In this document: positions 49,449 through 59,918 of the stretch, in pieces
How the letters are laid out: each line of letters starts with the position of its first letter
Numbering within the stretch: position 1 is the stretch's first letter
Assembly: GCA_958296135.2 (NCBI GenBank)
Contig: CATQHZ020000001.1
Coordinates: 4,320,001-4,384,000, forward strand
Direction: 5' to 3'
Length of the DNA stretch: 64,000 nucleotides
DNA from: an uncultured Poribacteria bacterium
GTDB lineage: Bacteria; Poribacteria; WGA-4E; WGA-3G
The notes under the pieces: model-generated
What the model was told of the DNA's origin: nothing
The model's input: only the letters and a program-made list of their open reading frames with translations
Databases searched by the model: none
Position numbers and translations under genes: made by a program

Positions 49449-51242
49449 TCAAAAATCCAAATCGGCTTCGGCAACGATTTTGTCAACGCAAGCGGCAAGA
49501 GGCATCGCGCCGATGTCGCCATCATCGCGGCTGCGGACGCTGACGGTGCGGTTCTCCTGTTCGCGTCCACCGATGATGAGCATATACGGCACCCGCTCCA
49601 AGCGCGCCTGCCGAATTTTCGCGCCAATCTTGTCGTCGCTACCGTTCAATTCAACACGGCACCCCTTTTGCAGCAGCAACTGCTGCACTTCTCTGCCGTA
49701 GTCGACAAAACGTTCGCTGATAGTCATCACGACGCACTGCACTGGTGCCAGCCACGTCGGAAACGCGCCTGCGTAATGCTCAATCAGCATCGCGATGAAA
49801 CGTTCAAAACTGCCGCACAGCGCGCGATGGACGACAACAGGACGCTTTTCACTACCATCCCGCGCAACGTAAATCAACCCAAAACGTTCCGGCAGCTGGA
49901 AATCAAGTTGCACAGTGGCACATTGCACCTCGCGGTTGAGCGAATCCTTCACCTGAAAATCAAGTTTCGGCCCGTAAAATGCCGCTTCGCCCGGGTCTAC
50001 CGTGTAGGCGATCTGGTTGTTTTTCAGCACGTCTTCCAGCATGGCTTCGGCGCGATGCCACACCTCAATATCGCCCATGAACTTTTCCGGGTTGCGGGTG
50101 CTTAAATTGCACCGGAACGGCAGGTGGAACGTCCCGTAAATCCGCTGAAAGAGCCCGAGGATGCGTTCATACTCCTCGGCGATTTGCGCCTCGGTGATGA
50201 AGTTATGCGCGTCGTCTTGGCACAGCTGCCGCACGCGCGAGAGCCCGCTCAGCGTCCCCGTCGCTTCGTTCCGATGCAACACACCCTGGTCAAACAGGCG
50301 ATAGGGCAAATCGCGATAACTGTGGCGTTTGCTGCGGTAAATCAACATGTGCGCTGGGCAGTTCATCGGTTTGAGCGCGCTCGCCGGTTCACCCTCTCCG
50401 CTCTCAATAACGAACATATTCTCCCTGAAATGTTCCCAATGCCCGGACGTTTCCCACAGGCTACTATCGTAAATGAGCGGTGTGCGCACTTCCTGATAGC
50501 CTTCGCTCAAATAGAGCTTCCTCACTTTCTCCGACAAGAGGTTGTAAATGAGCGCGCCTTTCGGCAGCCAAAACGCGCTGCCGGGCGATTCCGGGTACAT
50601 CTGGAACAGTTCCAATTCGCGCCCCAATTTCCGATGGTCGCGCTTCGCGGCCTCCTCGCGCTGTGTCAAGTAGGCTGTCAGGGCAGCCTTCGTCTCCCAG
50701 GCAGTGCCGTAAACCCGCTGCAACTGCTCACGATGGCTATCGCCGCGCCAATAGGCACCGGAGACGCGGAGCAGTTTGAAGTGGCGGCATTCACCGGTGG
50801 TGTCAACGTGCGGGCCCTTGCAGAGGTCGGTGAAGTCGCCGTTGTGATAGATGGACACGCCTTCGTCAGCGACACCTTCCGCGCTTGCGCTGACCTCCCG
50901 GTCAGAAATGCCATCGATGAGTTCGAGTTTGAATTTCTGGTCGCGCGCGGCGAACCAAGTGCGCGCCTTGTCGTAATCCCAGTTCTCCTGCAGAAAAGGC
51001 ACGTTCGCGCGGACCATCGCCTTCATGTGCCGTTCAATTTCGGGGAAATCGTCGGGCGTAATCGGGCGCGGCACCTCCATATCGTAATAGAACTCGTTCT
51101 CAATAGGCGGGCCAATCGCAAGTTTCACGCTGGTTTCGCCATCAGGAAAAAGTTGTTGCACGGCATACGCCATGATATGCGCCGTGGAATGACGCAGCCG
51201 CTGTAGATACTCGGCGTTGTCAGGTTGATTGGATTCATGCAT
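49449..51242 (-). CDS. thrS: Threonine-tRNA ligase (lacks the N-terminal TGS domain)
   Basis: RHSTAH, DLCKGPH, RDHRKLG, KPMNCP, FYGPKLD and HRA..GSFERF motifs. Confidence 0.98.
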   Translation of the reverse strand: MHESNQPDNAEYLQRLRHSTAHIMAYAVQQLFPDGETSVKLAIGPPIENEFYYDMEVPRPITPDDFPEIERHMKAMVRANVPFLQENWDYDKARTWFAARDQKFKLELIDGISDREVSASAEGVADEGVSIYHNGDFTDLCKGPHVDTTGECRHFKLLRVSGAYWRGDSHREQLQRVYGTAWETKAALTAYLTQREEAAKRDHRKLGRELELFQMYPESPGSAFWLPKGALIYNLLSEKVRKLYLSEGYQEVRTPLIYDSSLWETSGHWEHFRENMFVIESGEGEPASALKPMNCPAHMLIYRSKRHSYRDLPYRLFDQGVLHRNEATGTLSGLSRVRQLCQDDAHNFITEAQIAEEYERILGLFQRIYGTFHLPFRCNLSTRNPEKFMGDIEVWHRAEAMLEDVLKNNQIAYTVDPGEAAFYGPKLDFQVKDSLNREVQCATVQLDFQLPERFGLIYVARDGSEKRPVVVHRALCGSFERFIAMLIEHYAGAFPTWLAPVQCVVMTISERFVDYGREVQQLLLQKGCRVELNGSDDKIGAKIRQARLERVPYMLIIGGREQENRTVSVRSRDDGDIGAMPLAACVDKIVAEADLDF

Positions 51243-51609
51243 TGCGGTTTGCTCTCTTTAAAATTAACGCTTTTTGTCAAAGCGCGGATTACCTTAATAT
51301 TTTAACCTATCCGGGCGGCAATTGCAAGTTTTTTTGTTAGGCATCGGCAAAATCCCTTAACACCATATCACGAAAAGGCAGAAATGTTAAGAAAAAAGCT
51401 GCCAGGCCCCATTTAGTTTTCACATTTTCGCGTCTCCTTCGTAGGTGGAGATGAGCTCGTCGGAGCTTGAATTGTCTGAAGGGCCCGATCGGTTCAGTTC
51501 CGGCAGTTCGGGCCTGTCCGAGCCCAAACGCGCAGGAGAGGAAAGCACCAAATAGAGAACTGAATCGTCCTGAAAAGCATCGGGACGAGGATAACCCTAT
51601 TTTTCCAGT

Positions 51610-51656
51610 ACCGTAAAAAGGCAGCGTCACGCGTTTGACGCTGCCTTTTTACGGTA
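51610..51656. terminator. Long perfect inverted repeat, probably the terminator downstream of the ECF gene
   Basis: ACCGTAAAAAGGCAGCGTCA...TGACGCTGCCTTTTTACGGT. Confidence 0.7.
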
Positions 51657-51704
51657 AGGGTGCCCCGATTAATCGGCCGTTTCCCCTGCTTTTAGTGTGG
51701 AGCC

Positions 51705-52478
51705 TCACTTTGAACATGCTGAGCTCCCGATGAGACTTTTCCACTGCTTCATGGCGTGTTTCAAACCCCTCACAACGGCTCTCGGCGAGACATGCATGGA
51801 CTGAGCGGTTTCGGCGAGAGAAAGCTGGTCCAACAGATACCGTTCTGCCATTTGCGCCTCGTCCACCGGGATGACAGCGAGCAAATCGATTGCCTCTATC
51901 GCCTCCTCGTCCATGGATAAGAGCCAGTCGTCAAAACGGTTGGCGACAGTTTTCAAAAACTCTCGCGCCCGTCTCACCCTGTTCCCGACAGCTCTCTCTG
52001 TCGCGTGGGTTAACGCCGCTATCTGCTTGTATGTGGAACCTTCAAGATGATGGAGTTCCAGCACCTGCCGGTCTTTCGGCGGCAGCAAGAAAAGCAAGCG
52101 GTTTTGCAGCGTAACCCGCGTCCGCCTGATGTCGTACTGCTCTGTAGACTGGTAATCGACTGCGTCTCCAATGTAGCGCGACTGCGTGTCGTCAAAAGGG
52201 ACTTGATTGCCCCGATGTTCAGTTTCACGAAGCCTATCTATGGCAAGATGCCGCGCGATAGTTTTTAACCACCCCGGAAATTTTGCCGCATCGCTGAGCC
52301 GATGGAGATTATTGAACGCCTTCACGAAGGCATCGTCGGTGACCTCCTCGGCATCCTCGTAGTTTTCCAAGATGGGGCGGACTACCTGGAAAACGGAATG
52401 GTAATACTTTCGGTAAATCGAAGTCTGGGCGGCTTCGTCGTCCGCCAATTCTTGGATACGTTCTGCGTCATCGTTCAT
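51705..52478 (-). CDS. ECF-type RNA polymerase sigma factor with a C-terminal extension
   Basis: DAEEVTDDAFVKAF, FPGWLKTIARHLAID, region 4 LPPKDRQVL...YKQIA...V..RVRRAR, then a second HTH-like segment. Confidence 0.88.
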   Translation of the reverse strand: MNDDAERIQELADDEAAQTSIYRKYYHSVFQVVRPILENYEDAEEVTDDAFVKAFNNLHRLSDAAKFPGWLKTIARHLAIDRLRETEHRGNQVPFDDTQSRYIGDAVDYQSTEQYDIRRTRVTLQNRLLFLLPPKDRQVLELHHLEGSTYKQIAALTHATERAVGNRVRRAREFLKTVANRFDDWLLSMDEEAIEAIDLLAVIPVDEAQMAERYLLDQLSLAETAQSMHVSPRAVVRGLKHAMKQWKSLIGSSACSK

Positions 52479-52616
52479 AATTCCTTCCTCCCATATTTGA
52501 GGTGAGGTAACTCAGATTGTATGACAGCACCGATAGTCAACTCAGTTGCAGTATCCGTTCTGCATCTTCATCATTCCTTCTTCTGCGTTGCAGTGAGGGA
52601 ACGATGAAAATGCACA

Positions 52617-52656
52617 CTTTTAACACGTTAGACGTTGATTTGGGACAAAAGGTACC
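52617..52656 (-). promoter_or_regulatory. Putative autoregulatory ECF promoter
   Basis: GGTACC-16 bp-CGTCTAA(CGTGTTAAAAG), ~140 bp upstream of the ECF start. Confidence 0.7.
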
Positions 52657-53402
52657 AAAAATAATGATTTTTTATTTTATCAGAAAAACCGATTTCTTGT
52701 CAAGGAAAATAATTCATGATACGAGAACACGGATATCCATACGTCCGGTTGCGCAGCCGCCCTTTTCATCGGACTTCCGATGAAAATCGAGGGTGGAATT
52801 ACGCGAACTTTTGTCAGCAGGCCGCGCGGCGGGCAGTGAAACTGAGAACTCCATCTCAAGTTTGAATCATGATGTCCTGCTCTAAAGGTTGCGGACAGGT
52901 TCCGAAACGCTCCCAGTAGTGCGATTTGCCCCGCGCACAATGATTTTCTTTGGAAAGTGGCGAGCGGCGCGCCAGCGTGACAACAACCGGAGAACGAAAA
53001 CGTTCTCGGAAGGGCACTTTTCACGTCAGGGGCTCTAAATGATACCCTCGGCACGCAAAAAAAATGAAGGCCGCTTTCAATTTTTTTGACATGAGATGCT
53101 TTTTGGCGGGACATCGTTGCGCCCCCCTGCAGCGGAGGCAGATAATGAAGTTTAAGAAAAGAAGAGGGGTAATTCCGAGGCACTTGGCTGGAAACACTGC
53201 AGACAGAAGAATCTCCGAAAAACGCCGTTGATAAGTAACAAACGGAATGGTAAATTTTTAGCACTGACGCAGACTACACCCCGTAGGCGCAGTTGCAAAC
53301 CGCGCCTACCGGTACTGAATCGCCCTATAGTTGAAAATCTCTCCTACAGAATTTTGTTGAAATCTGTTAGAATAAACAAAACCCCAAAAGGAGACCGGAC
53401 AC

Positions 53403-54767
53403 ATGCCAACGACACTCAAAGCCGGCAGCGCGAGCGCGAATATCACGCCGCCCCTCGGTACAGCGATACCCGGCGGATTTCGAGCGCGATACGCCGAAAA
53501 TGTCGACGACGAACTCTTTGCAAAAGCCATTGTGCTCGATAACGGCGAAACCCGCATCGCCATGGTAACCTGCGATCTCATCGCCGTTACACAGAAAATG
53601 GTGGACTGCGCCAAGAAGCGCATCGCTGACAGGTGCGGCATCCCACCGGCACACGTGATGGTAAACGCCACGCACACGCATACCGCCGTGGCAATCGCTA
53701 ACCTGCTCGGCACGCCGGAGGATACCGATTACACCGAATGGGTACCGCTGAAAATCGCCGATGCCGTGGAATTAGCCGTCTGGCGACTGGCACCAGCGCG
53801 CGTAGGATTCGCAAGCCTCAATGAAGAACGCATCACCTTCAACCGACGGTGGCACATGAAAGACGGCACCGTCCGCATGAACCCCGGGGTCGAACACCCA
53901 GACCTGGTTAGCCCTACCGGCACGATCGACCCCGAGCTAACGATGATGTTCGTGGAAGCAGCGGATGGCACACCGCTCGCCGCCATCGCCAACTTCTCGC
54001 TGCATTACATTGGCACGGATAACGGCAACGCGCTCTCCGCGGACTATTTTGGGCATTTCGCCCGGTTGATGCAACGTTATCTGGGAAAGACCTGCGTCTC
54101 ACTGCTGTGGAACGCCGCATCGGGACAGATTAACAACACTGACTTCAGCGGAAAGAGGAAATGGACAGCGCGTGGACATCAGCAGGCGGAGAAAATGGCG
54201 AATGTCCTCGCCGGGCATTTTATCACTGAAATGCAGTTCATGGAAATGCACGAGACGCTGCCGCTCAGTGGGCACCTGCGCACGTTCACGTTCCCGCGCA
54301 AACGAATCACCGCCGAAGACCTCGAGCTCGCCGAACGGATCTTAGCCGTGCCGCCCGGCACTTACGACAATTATGAAACAGGCCCGTTCAGTTGGGTAGT
54401 CGGACAGCCCATCCCGAAGGCGTTGGTTGACATCTACGCCTTGGAATGCCAGCGCGTAGCAAAGTTGCCCGAACACCTCACCGCGCCCATCCAAGTCATC
54501 CGCATCGGCGAGGCAGCGATCGCGGCGTTACCCGGCGAAGTTTTCGTCGAGACAGGCCTGAACATCAAGTCAGCATCGGATGCAAGCCCGCTGTTCCTCG
54601 TGAGCTTAGCGAACGGCTATATCGGCTACATCTGCACAGACGAAGCGTTGACGCAGGAGGGGGGCTACGAAACATGGGCGGCGATGTCGTCTTTGCCGGC
54701 TGTCGGCACGGTGCCAGCGATGGAGGCTGTCGTCGCGGCGATGTTGGACGCGTCTCACCCTCAGTAG
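53403..54767 (+). CDS. Neutral/alkaline ceramidase-like hydrolase
   Basis: ITPPLG, ATHTHT, NRR, GTIDP, SADY, PGEVF and LANGYIGY motifs. Confidence 0.75.
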   Translation: MPTTLKAGSASANITPPLGTAIPGGFRARYAENVDDELFAKAIVLDNGETRIAMVTCDLIAVTQKMVDCAKKRIADRCGIPPAHVMVNATHTHTAVAIANLLGTPEDTDYTEWVPLKIADAVELAVWRLAPARVGFASLNEERITFNRRWHMKDGTVRMNPGVEHPDLVSPTGTIDPELTMMFVEAADGTPLAAIANFSLHYIGTDNGNALSADYFGHFARLMQRYLGKTCVSLLWNAASGQINNTDFSGKRKWTARGHQQAEKMANVLAGHFITEMQFMEMHETLPLSGHLRTFTFPRKRITAEDLELAERILAVPPGTYDNYETGPFSWVVGQPIPKALVDIYALECQRVAKLPEHLTAPIQVIRIGEAAIAALPGEVFVETGLNIKSASDASPLFLVSLANGYIGYICTDEALTQEGGYETWAAMSSLPAVGTVPAMEAVVAAMLDASHPQ

Positions 54768-55020
54768 GCGCGGTTTCAAACCGCGCCTACCGCGAATTTT
54801 CTAACGTCCCGGGCTAATGACTAACTTTCCCAGGGAGTGAAGTCACCTTAACCCAGTTTTCCCCTTTTTCTTAAACAGAAAGGACAGGCACATCGTATTA
54901 TGCCTGTCCTAACGTTCAACTATAGACATTAAAGTCCTAACGGTCCTCTATCGGAATGAGGCACTTTCCGCTTTTCCCGCTGGCGCGCTGAAACACATCG
55001 CGCACCGAAGGCACTTAAGG

Positions 55021-55374
<354 letters not shown>

Positions 55375-55462
55375 TTAACGTGCGCGGCTGCCAAGCGCGC
55401 CTAGCAACCGCGCCCGAAGGATTGCGCCGGGCGGATTGCAGAACAACCCACCCGAAAACACC

Positions 55463-56890
55463 TTAAATGTCGTGATAGAGGTAGAACTCATACGGATGCG
55501 GCCGCATGTTCATGGCATCAACCTCATTCTCACGTTTGTAATCGATCCAGACATCAATGACATCCTGAGTGAACACGTCGCCCTTCAGGAGATACTCGTG
55601 GTCATCCTCTAATGCATCGAGGGAATCGCCGAGGGACACGGGTGTGGACTCAATGTCGGCGAGTTCTTCCGGCTCCAGATCGTAGAGGTCCTTGTCGAGC
55701 GGTTCGCCCGGATGGATGCGATTTTGGATGCCATCAAGGCCCGCCATCAGCAGCGCGCTGAACGCGAGGTACGGGTTACAGGACGGGTCCGGCGTGCGGA
55801 ACTCAATCCGTTTCCCCTTTTCACTCTTAGAGTAGACCGGGATGCGCACACACGCGCTGCGGTTCCGCTGCGAGTAGGCGATGTTCACGGGGGCTTCATA
55901 CCCCGGCACCAACCGCTTGTAAGAGTTGGTAGTCGGCGCAATGATGGCACACAGAGACCGGGCATGCGTGAGAAGGCCGCCGATGTAGTAAAGCGCGTCA
56001 TCGCTCAACAGCGAATACCCCTGCGGATCGTAGAAGAGGTTCTTCCCGTTCTTCCACAGACTCTGATGCACGTGCATCCCAGAACCGTTGTCTTGGAAGA
56101 GCGGCTTCGGCATGAATGTTGCAATCAGGTTGTGAGCACGCGCAACGTTCTTGATGATATACTTATACAACGCCATTTTGTCGCCGACCCGGGTCAAGGT
56201 GTCGAAGCGGATGTCAATCTCACCTTGTCCTGCAGTCCCCACCTCATGGTGATGCATTTCAACATCAATGCCTGCATCGATGAGTTTGAGACAGATTTCG
56301 GAGCGGAGGTCTTGGAACGTGTCGGAGGGCGGCACGGGGAAATACCCCTCTTTGTAGCGCGGCTTGTAGGCGAGATTCGGGTTCTCCTCGCGGCCGGAGT
56401 TCCAACTCCCCTCAACCGAATCAACGTAGTAATACCCCGAATGCTGCGTCTGCTCATAGCGAAGATCATTGAACATATAGAACTCCGCCTCTGGCCCCCA
56501 ATAACTGGTATCCGCAATCCCGGTGGCCTGCAGATATGCCTCCGCCTTCTGTGCGATATGCCGGACATCGCGCGTGTAATTCTCCAACGTAATCGGGTCT
56601 TTGATATTACACGCAATGCTCAGTGTAGGCACCTGGCAAACCGGGTCGATCATCGCTGTCGCCGGGTCCGGGAACAGCAGCATGTCGCTCTCATTAATCG
56701 CCTGGAAGCCGCGGATACTCGACCCGTCAAAACCGATGCCCTCCTCAAAAAGGGATTCGTCCAAGTCACTGGACAAGATGGTTAAGTGTTGCCACATCCC
56801 AGGGAGATCCATGAATTTGAGGTCGATTATCTTAATCTCGTTATCTTTCGCGAGCGCAACCACCTCACTTGGTGTCATTGTCATTCGCAT
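55463..56890 (-). CDS. glnA: Glutamine synthetase type I
   Basis: [17 protein letters not shown]...[16 protein letters not shown] and NPYLAF motifs. Confidence 0.98.
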   Translation of the reverse strand: MRMTMTPSEVVALAKDNEIKIIDLKFMDLPGMWQHLTILSSDLDESLFEEGIGFDGSSIRGFQAINESDMLLFPDPATAMIDPVCQVPTLSIACNIKDPITLENYTRDVRHIAQKAEAYLQATGIADTSYWGPEAEFYMFNDLRYEQTQHSGYYYVDSVEGSWNSGREENPNLAYKPRYKEGYFPVPPSDTFQDLRSEICLKLIDAGIDVEMHHHEVGTAGQGEIDIRFDTLTRVGDKMALYKYIIKNVARAHNLIATFMPKPLFQDNGSGMHVHQSLWKNGKNLFYDPQGYSLLSDDALYYIGGLLTHARSLCAIIAPTTNSYKRLVPGYEAPVNIAYSQRNRSACVRIPVYSKSEKGKRIEFRTPDPSCNPYLAFSALLMAGLDGIQNRIHPGEPLDKDLYDLEPEELADIESTPVSLGDSLDALEDDHEYLLKGDVFTQDVIDVWIDYKRENEVDAMNMRPHPYEFYLYHDI

Positions 56891-56989
56891 TTCCTCCTAA
56901 ATTATAACTCACAACTAACTGTCGGATAGGTTCGTCCACTGAATGCGCAACTCATTTCATTTGACGAACACGTTACCAAAATTAAACAA

Positions 56990-57005
56990 AGCAAAATCTA
57001 TGCCA
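56990..57005 (-). promoter_or_regulatory. Sigma54 (-24/-12) promoter of glnA-glnB
   Basis: TGGCAT-AGATT-TTGCT matches the TGGCAC-N5-TTGCW consensus. Confidence 0.8.
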
Positions 57006-57092
57006 AGTGCCGCAGCGAGTCGCCAGATCGCGCTACCCTTGACAAAGATAAGGATGCATACGGGATTACCTCATCGATTACCCCATCGGGTT

Positions 57093-57132
57093 TGCTAAAT
57101 TATTAGGCATAAAATTGCCCAACATTTCAGCA
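57093..57132. promoter_or_regulatory. Two NtrC-like enhancer sites
   Basis: Two TGC-N11-GCA sites (57093-57109 and 57116-57132), ~90-130 bp upstream of the sigma54 promoter. Confidence 0.55.
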
Positions 57133-57195
57133 TTTTAGCACCTTCCATAGGCGCGCTCAAACCGCGCCTACCGAAAACCAGCAGCAGGACAACCC

Positions 57196-57774
57196 CTACG
57201 AAAATTCAAAATCTTTCGCGAAACGACTCGTTTCGGGGCTGTTTTGGCCCGCGTACTTGTTCGCCGGCTTCTGTCGATACGGCACTCTTGCAGGCGAAGA
57301 GAGCTGCTCAAAAGTGAACGCACAAATCCGCATCCCTGGATACAATTTCACCGGCATGCGGCCGAGGTTGCCTAATTCCAACGTCGCGATGCCTGTCCAG
57401 CCCGGGTCGAAGAGCCCGGCGGTGCTATGCACGATGATGCCCAGTCTGCCGAGGCTGCTTCTGCCTTCTAGGCGCGCCATCACGTCATCGGCCAGTTCCA
57501 GTTTCTCGCGAGTTGCAGCGAGAACAAACTCGCCCGGTTGCATCGTGAAGGCATCGTCATCAGGAACGTCCACGCGCCGCATCAAGTCGTTGGCATCGAT
57601 TTCACCGCGCAAATCGATGTAGGGATACTTGCTATGCTCAAACACGCGAAACGTGTTGCCCAACCTGAAGTCAATTGAGCAACTGCCGAGCTGCGTCTCT
57701 AAATCCGGCGCGGGCGTAATTTTAATTTTCCCCGCCTTCATATACTCAAGAATGTCCCTATCTGACAAAACCAT
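57196..57774 (-). CDS. dcd: dCTP deaminase
   Basis: LSDRDI, EGRSSLGRLG, DPGW.G..TLE and KYAGQ motifs. Confidence 0.96.
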   Translation of the reverse strand: MVLSDRDILEYMKAGKIKITPAPDLETQLGSCSIDFRLGNTFRVFEHSKYPYIDLRGEIDANDLMRRVDVPDDDAFTMQPGEFVLAATREKLELADDVMARLEGRSSLGRLGIIVHSTAGLFDPGWTGIATLELGNLGRMPVKLYPGMRICAFTFEQLSSPARVPYRQKPANKYAGQNSPETSRFAKDFEFS

Positions 57775-57780
57775 GATAGA

Positions 57781-57809
57781 ATTTTACCATTTTTTGCAAA
57801 AAATGTCAA
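57781..57809 (-). promoter_or_regulatory. Sigma70 promoter immediately upstream of dcd (leaderless arrangement)
   Basis: TTGACA-17 bp-(TGG)TAAAAT-6 nt-ATG. Confidence 0.7.
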
Positions 57810-57963
57810 ATTTTCTTCTTTTTCATCAGGCGCGGTTTGAAGAACCATGCCCGCAACCCAACCGTAGGCCGAGGGCCCGGCGAGCGCGAATCGCCGAGGG
57901 TTTCCCTCGCCACCCCCTCGGCCGCCTAGAGAAATCCGCTATGACAGTGTCAACGAAACGACT

Positions 57964-59292
57964 TTATTCTTCCCACTCCTCCGGGGCGACACCACGATAG
58001 GCGCAATCCAACAGATTCACCGGATGCATCGCTCTCATCGGTAACCCATGCTTTTGGATACCGAGTTGGATCTGGAGGAGGCAGCCCGGGTTACCGGTCG
58101 CGACGATGTCCGCGTGCGTCTCAGCGATGTGCCCCATTTTACGTTCCAGAATTTCCTGTGACAATGCCGGTTGCGTGATGTTATAGATGCCCGCGCTGCC
58201 GCAACACCACTCCGATTCGGTGAGCGCCACTAACTCAAGCCCCGGAATCGCTTGGAGGACTTTGCGCGGCTGAGCTCCGACACCTTGTCCGTGGAGCAGA
58301 TGGCACGGCTCGTCATAAGTGACGCGCCGGTGAATCTCGTCAGTCGGTGGCACCATCTCGATTTCCGCCAAGAATTCGCTGATGTCGCGCATCTTGCCGC
58401 TGAATTGCTTCGCTTTTTCCGCGTAAACAGCATCATCTTCAAGGAGCACATCGTATTCCTTGAGTGTCGCGCCGCAGCCCGCAGCGTTGATGATGATTGC
58501 GTCAAGTTCACCGGTATCAAATGCATCAATGTTCTGTTTCGCGAGCGTTGAAGCAAAGTCGCGCGCGCCGTTATGGAGATGTAACGCGCCGCAGCACGTC
58601 TGCTGTCGCGGCGTGACTACCTCGCAACCGTTACGTGTCAGGACGCGGATGGTAGCCAAGTTCGTTTCGGTAAAAACTTGGTTCATAACACACCCCGGTA
58701 TGAACCCGACACGATAACGCGTTTCGCCATCGGCAGGCGTGATGTCGCGTATCGTGTATTTGAGCCGCGGCGGCGGGATTTTCGGCAGCAGCGATTCCAT
58801 TTTCCCAAGCCGCCCCATCACTTTGAGAATCCCCGTTTTTTGGACGAGCCAGCGGATGCCTAGCCGTTGATAGAGCCACATCAGTTCAAACAGCAGGTCC
58901 AACCGTTCTCGGTGTGGGAGCAGCTGTTTGAAAACCAGATTGTTCCAGAACCGATAGCCTGCGGCGCGGTTTGCGTTGTTTTCATAGATAGCCCGCGCCT
59001 GCTCCAGCAATTCACCGAAGTGAACACCAGAAGGACACGCCGTCTCGCATGCCCGGCAATCCAAGCAGCGGTAGATATATTCCGCCCACTCCTCGTTAAG
59101 CGGTGTGGCATTTTCCGCTTTGAACGCGCTCCCCATGAGATACAACCTACCCCTCGGCGAATCAGTCTCCAGCCCCAATTCGCGATAGGTAGGGCAAGTA
59201 GGGAGGCAGAGCCCGCAGTGCGTGCAGGCATCCCATTTCTTCCAACTGAAAGTCTCTATGCCGACAAGCGGCTGTGTCTGTGGATTGGACAT
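57964..59292 (-). CDS. glcF: Glycolate oxidase iron-sulfur subunit-like Fe-S oxidoreductase
   Basis: CTHCGLCLPTCP, SPRGR, CLDCRACETACPSGV and two CCG domains. Confidence 0.85.
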   Translation of the reverse strand: MSNPQTQPLVGIETFSWKKWDACTHCGLCLPTCPTYRELGLETDSPRGRLYLMGSAFKAENATPLNEEWAEYIYRCLDCRACETACPSGVHFGELLEQARAIYENNANRAAGYRFWNNLVFKQLLPHRERLDLLFELMWLYQRLGIRWLVQKTGILKVMGRLGKMESLLPKIPPPRLKYTIRDITPADGETRYRVGFIPGCVMNQVFTETNLATIRVLTRNGCEVVTPRQQTCCGALHLHNGARDFASTLAKQNIDAFDTGELDAIIINAAGCGATLKEYDVLLEDDAVYAEKAKQFSGKMRDISEFLAEIEMVPPTDEIHRRVTYDEPCHLLHGQGVGAQPRKVLQAIPGLELVALTESEWCCGSAGIYNITQPALSQEILERKMGHIAETHADIVATGNPGCLLQIQLGIQKHGLPMRAMHPVNLLDCAYRGVAPEEWEE

Positions 59293-59345
59293 AGTTATTC
59301 TTTCTTATACGGTTTATCTCCCGTATACGGGAGATAACACCTTTT

Positions 59346-59717
59346 TCAGCGGCGAAGCCGTTCGCTCATCGCCAGCAGAAAAAACAGGACAGTGAGCAAA
59401 ATCATGGCGATTGTGCCGACGATAAAGCCGATGTTACCTTGGGCGGCAAAACTTTTTTTCATATTCGCCCGGCTGTTTTCACGAATCTTCTCGGCAAGTT
59501 GCTGTTTGTCTTCCTGCGACAACTCGCCCCTTCTCAGGGATGTAGACTTTGGAGTCGTACGGAAATCCTTCGCGCTTTTCCGTTTGCTTATCGCCGTTCG
59601 GAAAAGGACGAACGCCAATAAACAAGGAGCCAACCACCAGATTATCAGCGGGATGGAGGCAAAGAGCATAAGAATCTTCACGATGAGGGATTTCGCAAAC
59701 TCATAGAGAAATTCCAT
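59346..59717 (-). CDS. Hypothetical membrane protein
   Basis: Hydrophobic N- and C-terminal segments. Confidence 0.5.
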   Translation of the reverse strand: MEFLYEFAKSLIVKILMLFASIPLIIWWLAPCLLAFVLFRTAISKRKSAKDFRTTPKSTSLRRGELSQEDKQQLAEKIRENSRANMKKSFAAQGNIGFIVGTIAMILLTVLFFLLAMSERLRR

Positions 59718-59745
59718 TTTTCCACGCTCCCGGCTTCCCAAATCC

Positions 59746-59898
59746 CTACCCCTCGCCAAAACGCTCTGCGTCAACTTCCGATTTCCAGCCCGAAGGTTCC
59801 ATTGACGCAGACAGACGGTTACGCCGCGTTTTCCGTTTTGGGAAGATAAGGATGAAAAGCACTACAGAACAGACAACTGTCATAAAGAAACCATACAT
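59746..59898 (-). CDS. Small hypothetical membrane peptide
   Basis: GAGGAG RBS; hydrophobic stretch followed by basic residues. Confidence 0.35.
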   Translation of the reverse strand: MYGFFMTVVCSVVLFILIFPKRKTRRNRLSASMEPSGWKSEVDAERFGEG

Positions 59899-59918
59899 TT
59901 TCGTTGTCTCCTCATCCC

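Noticed and set aside
52680-53270. Gene or riboswitch in the ~600-bp spacer upstream of the ECF gene
   Set aside because: The 194-aa ORF has no RBS or recognisable motif, and only short hairpins were seen with no recognisable aptamer.
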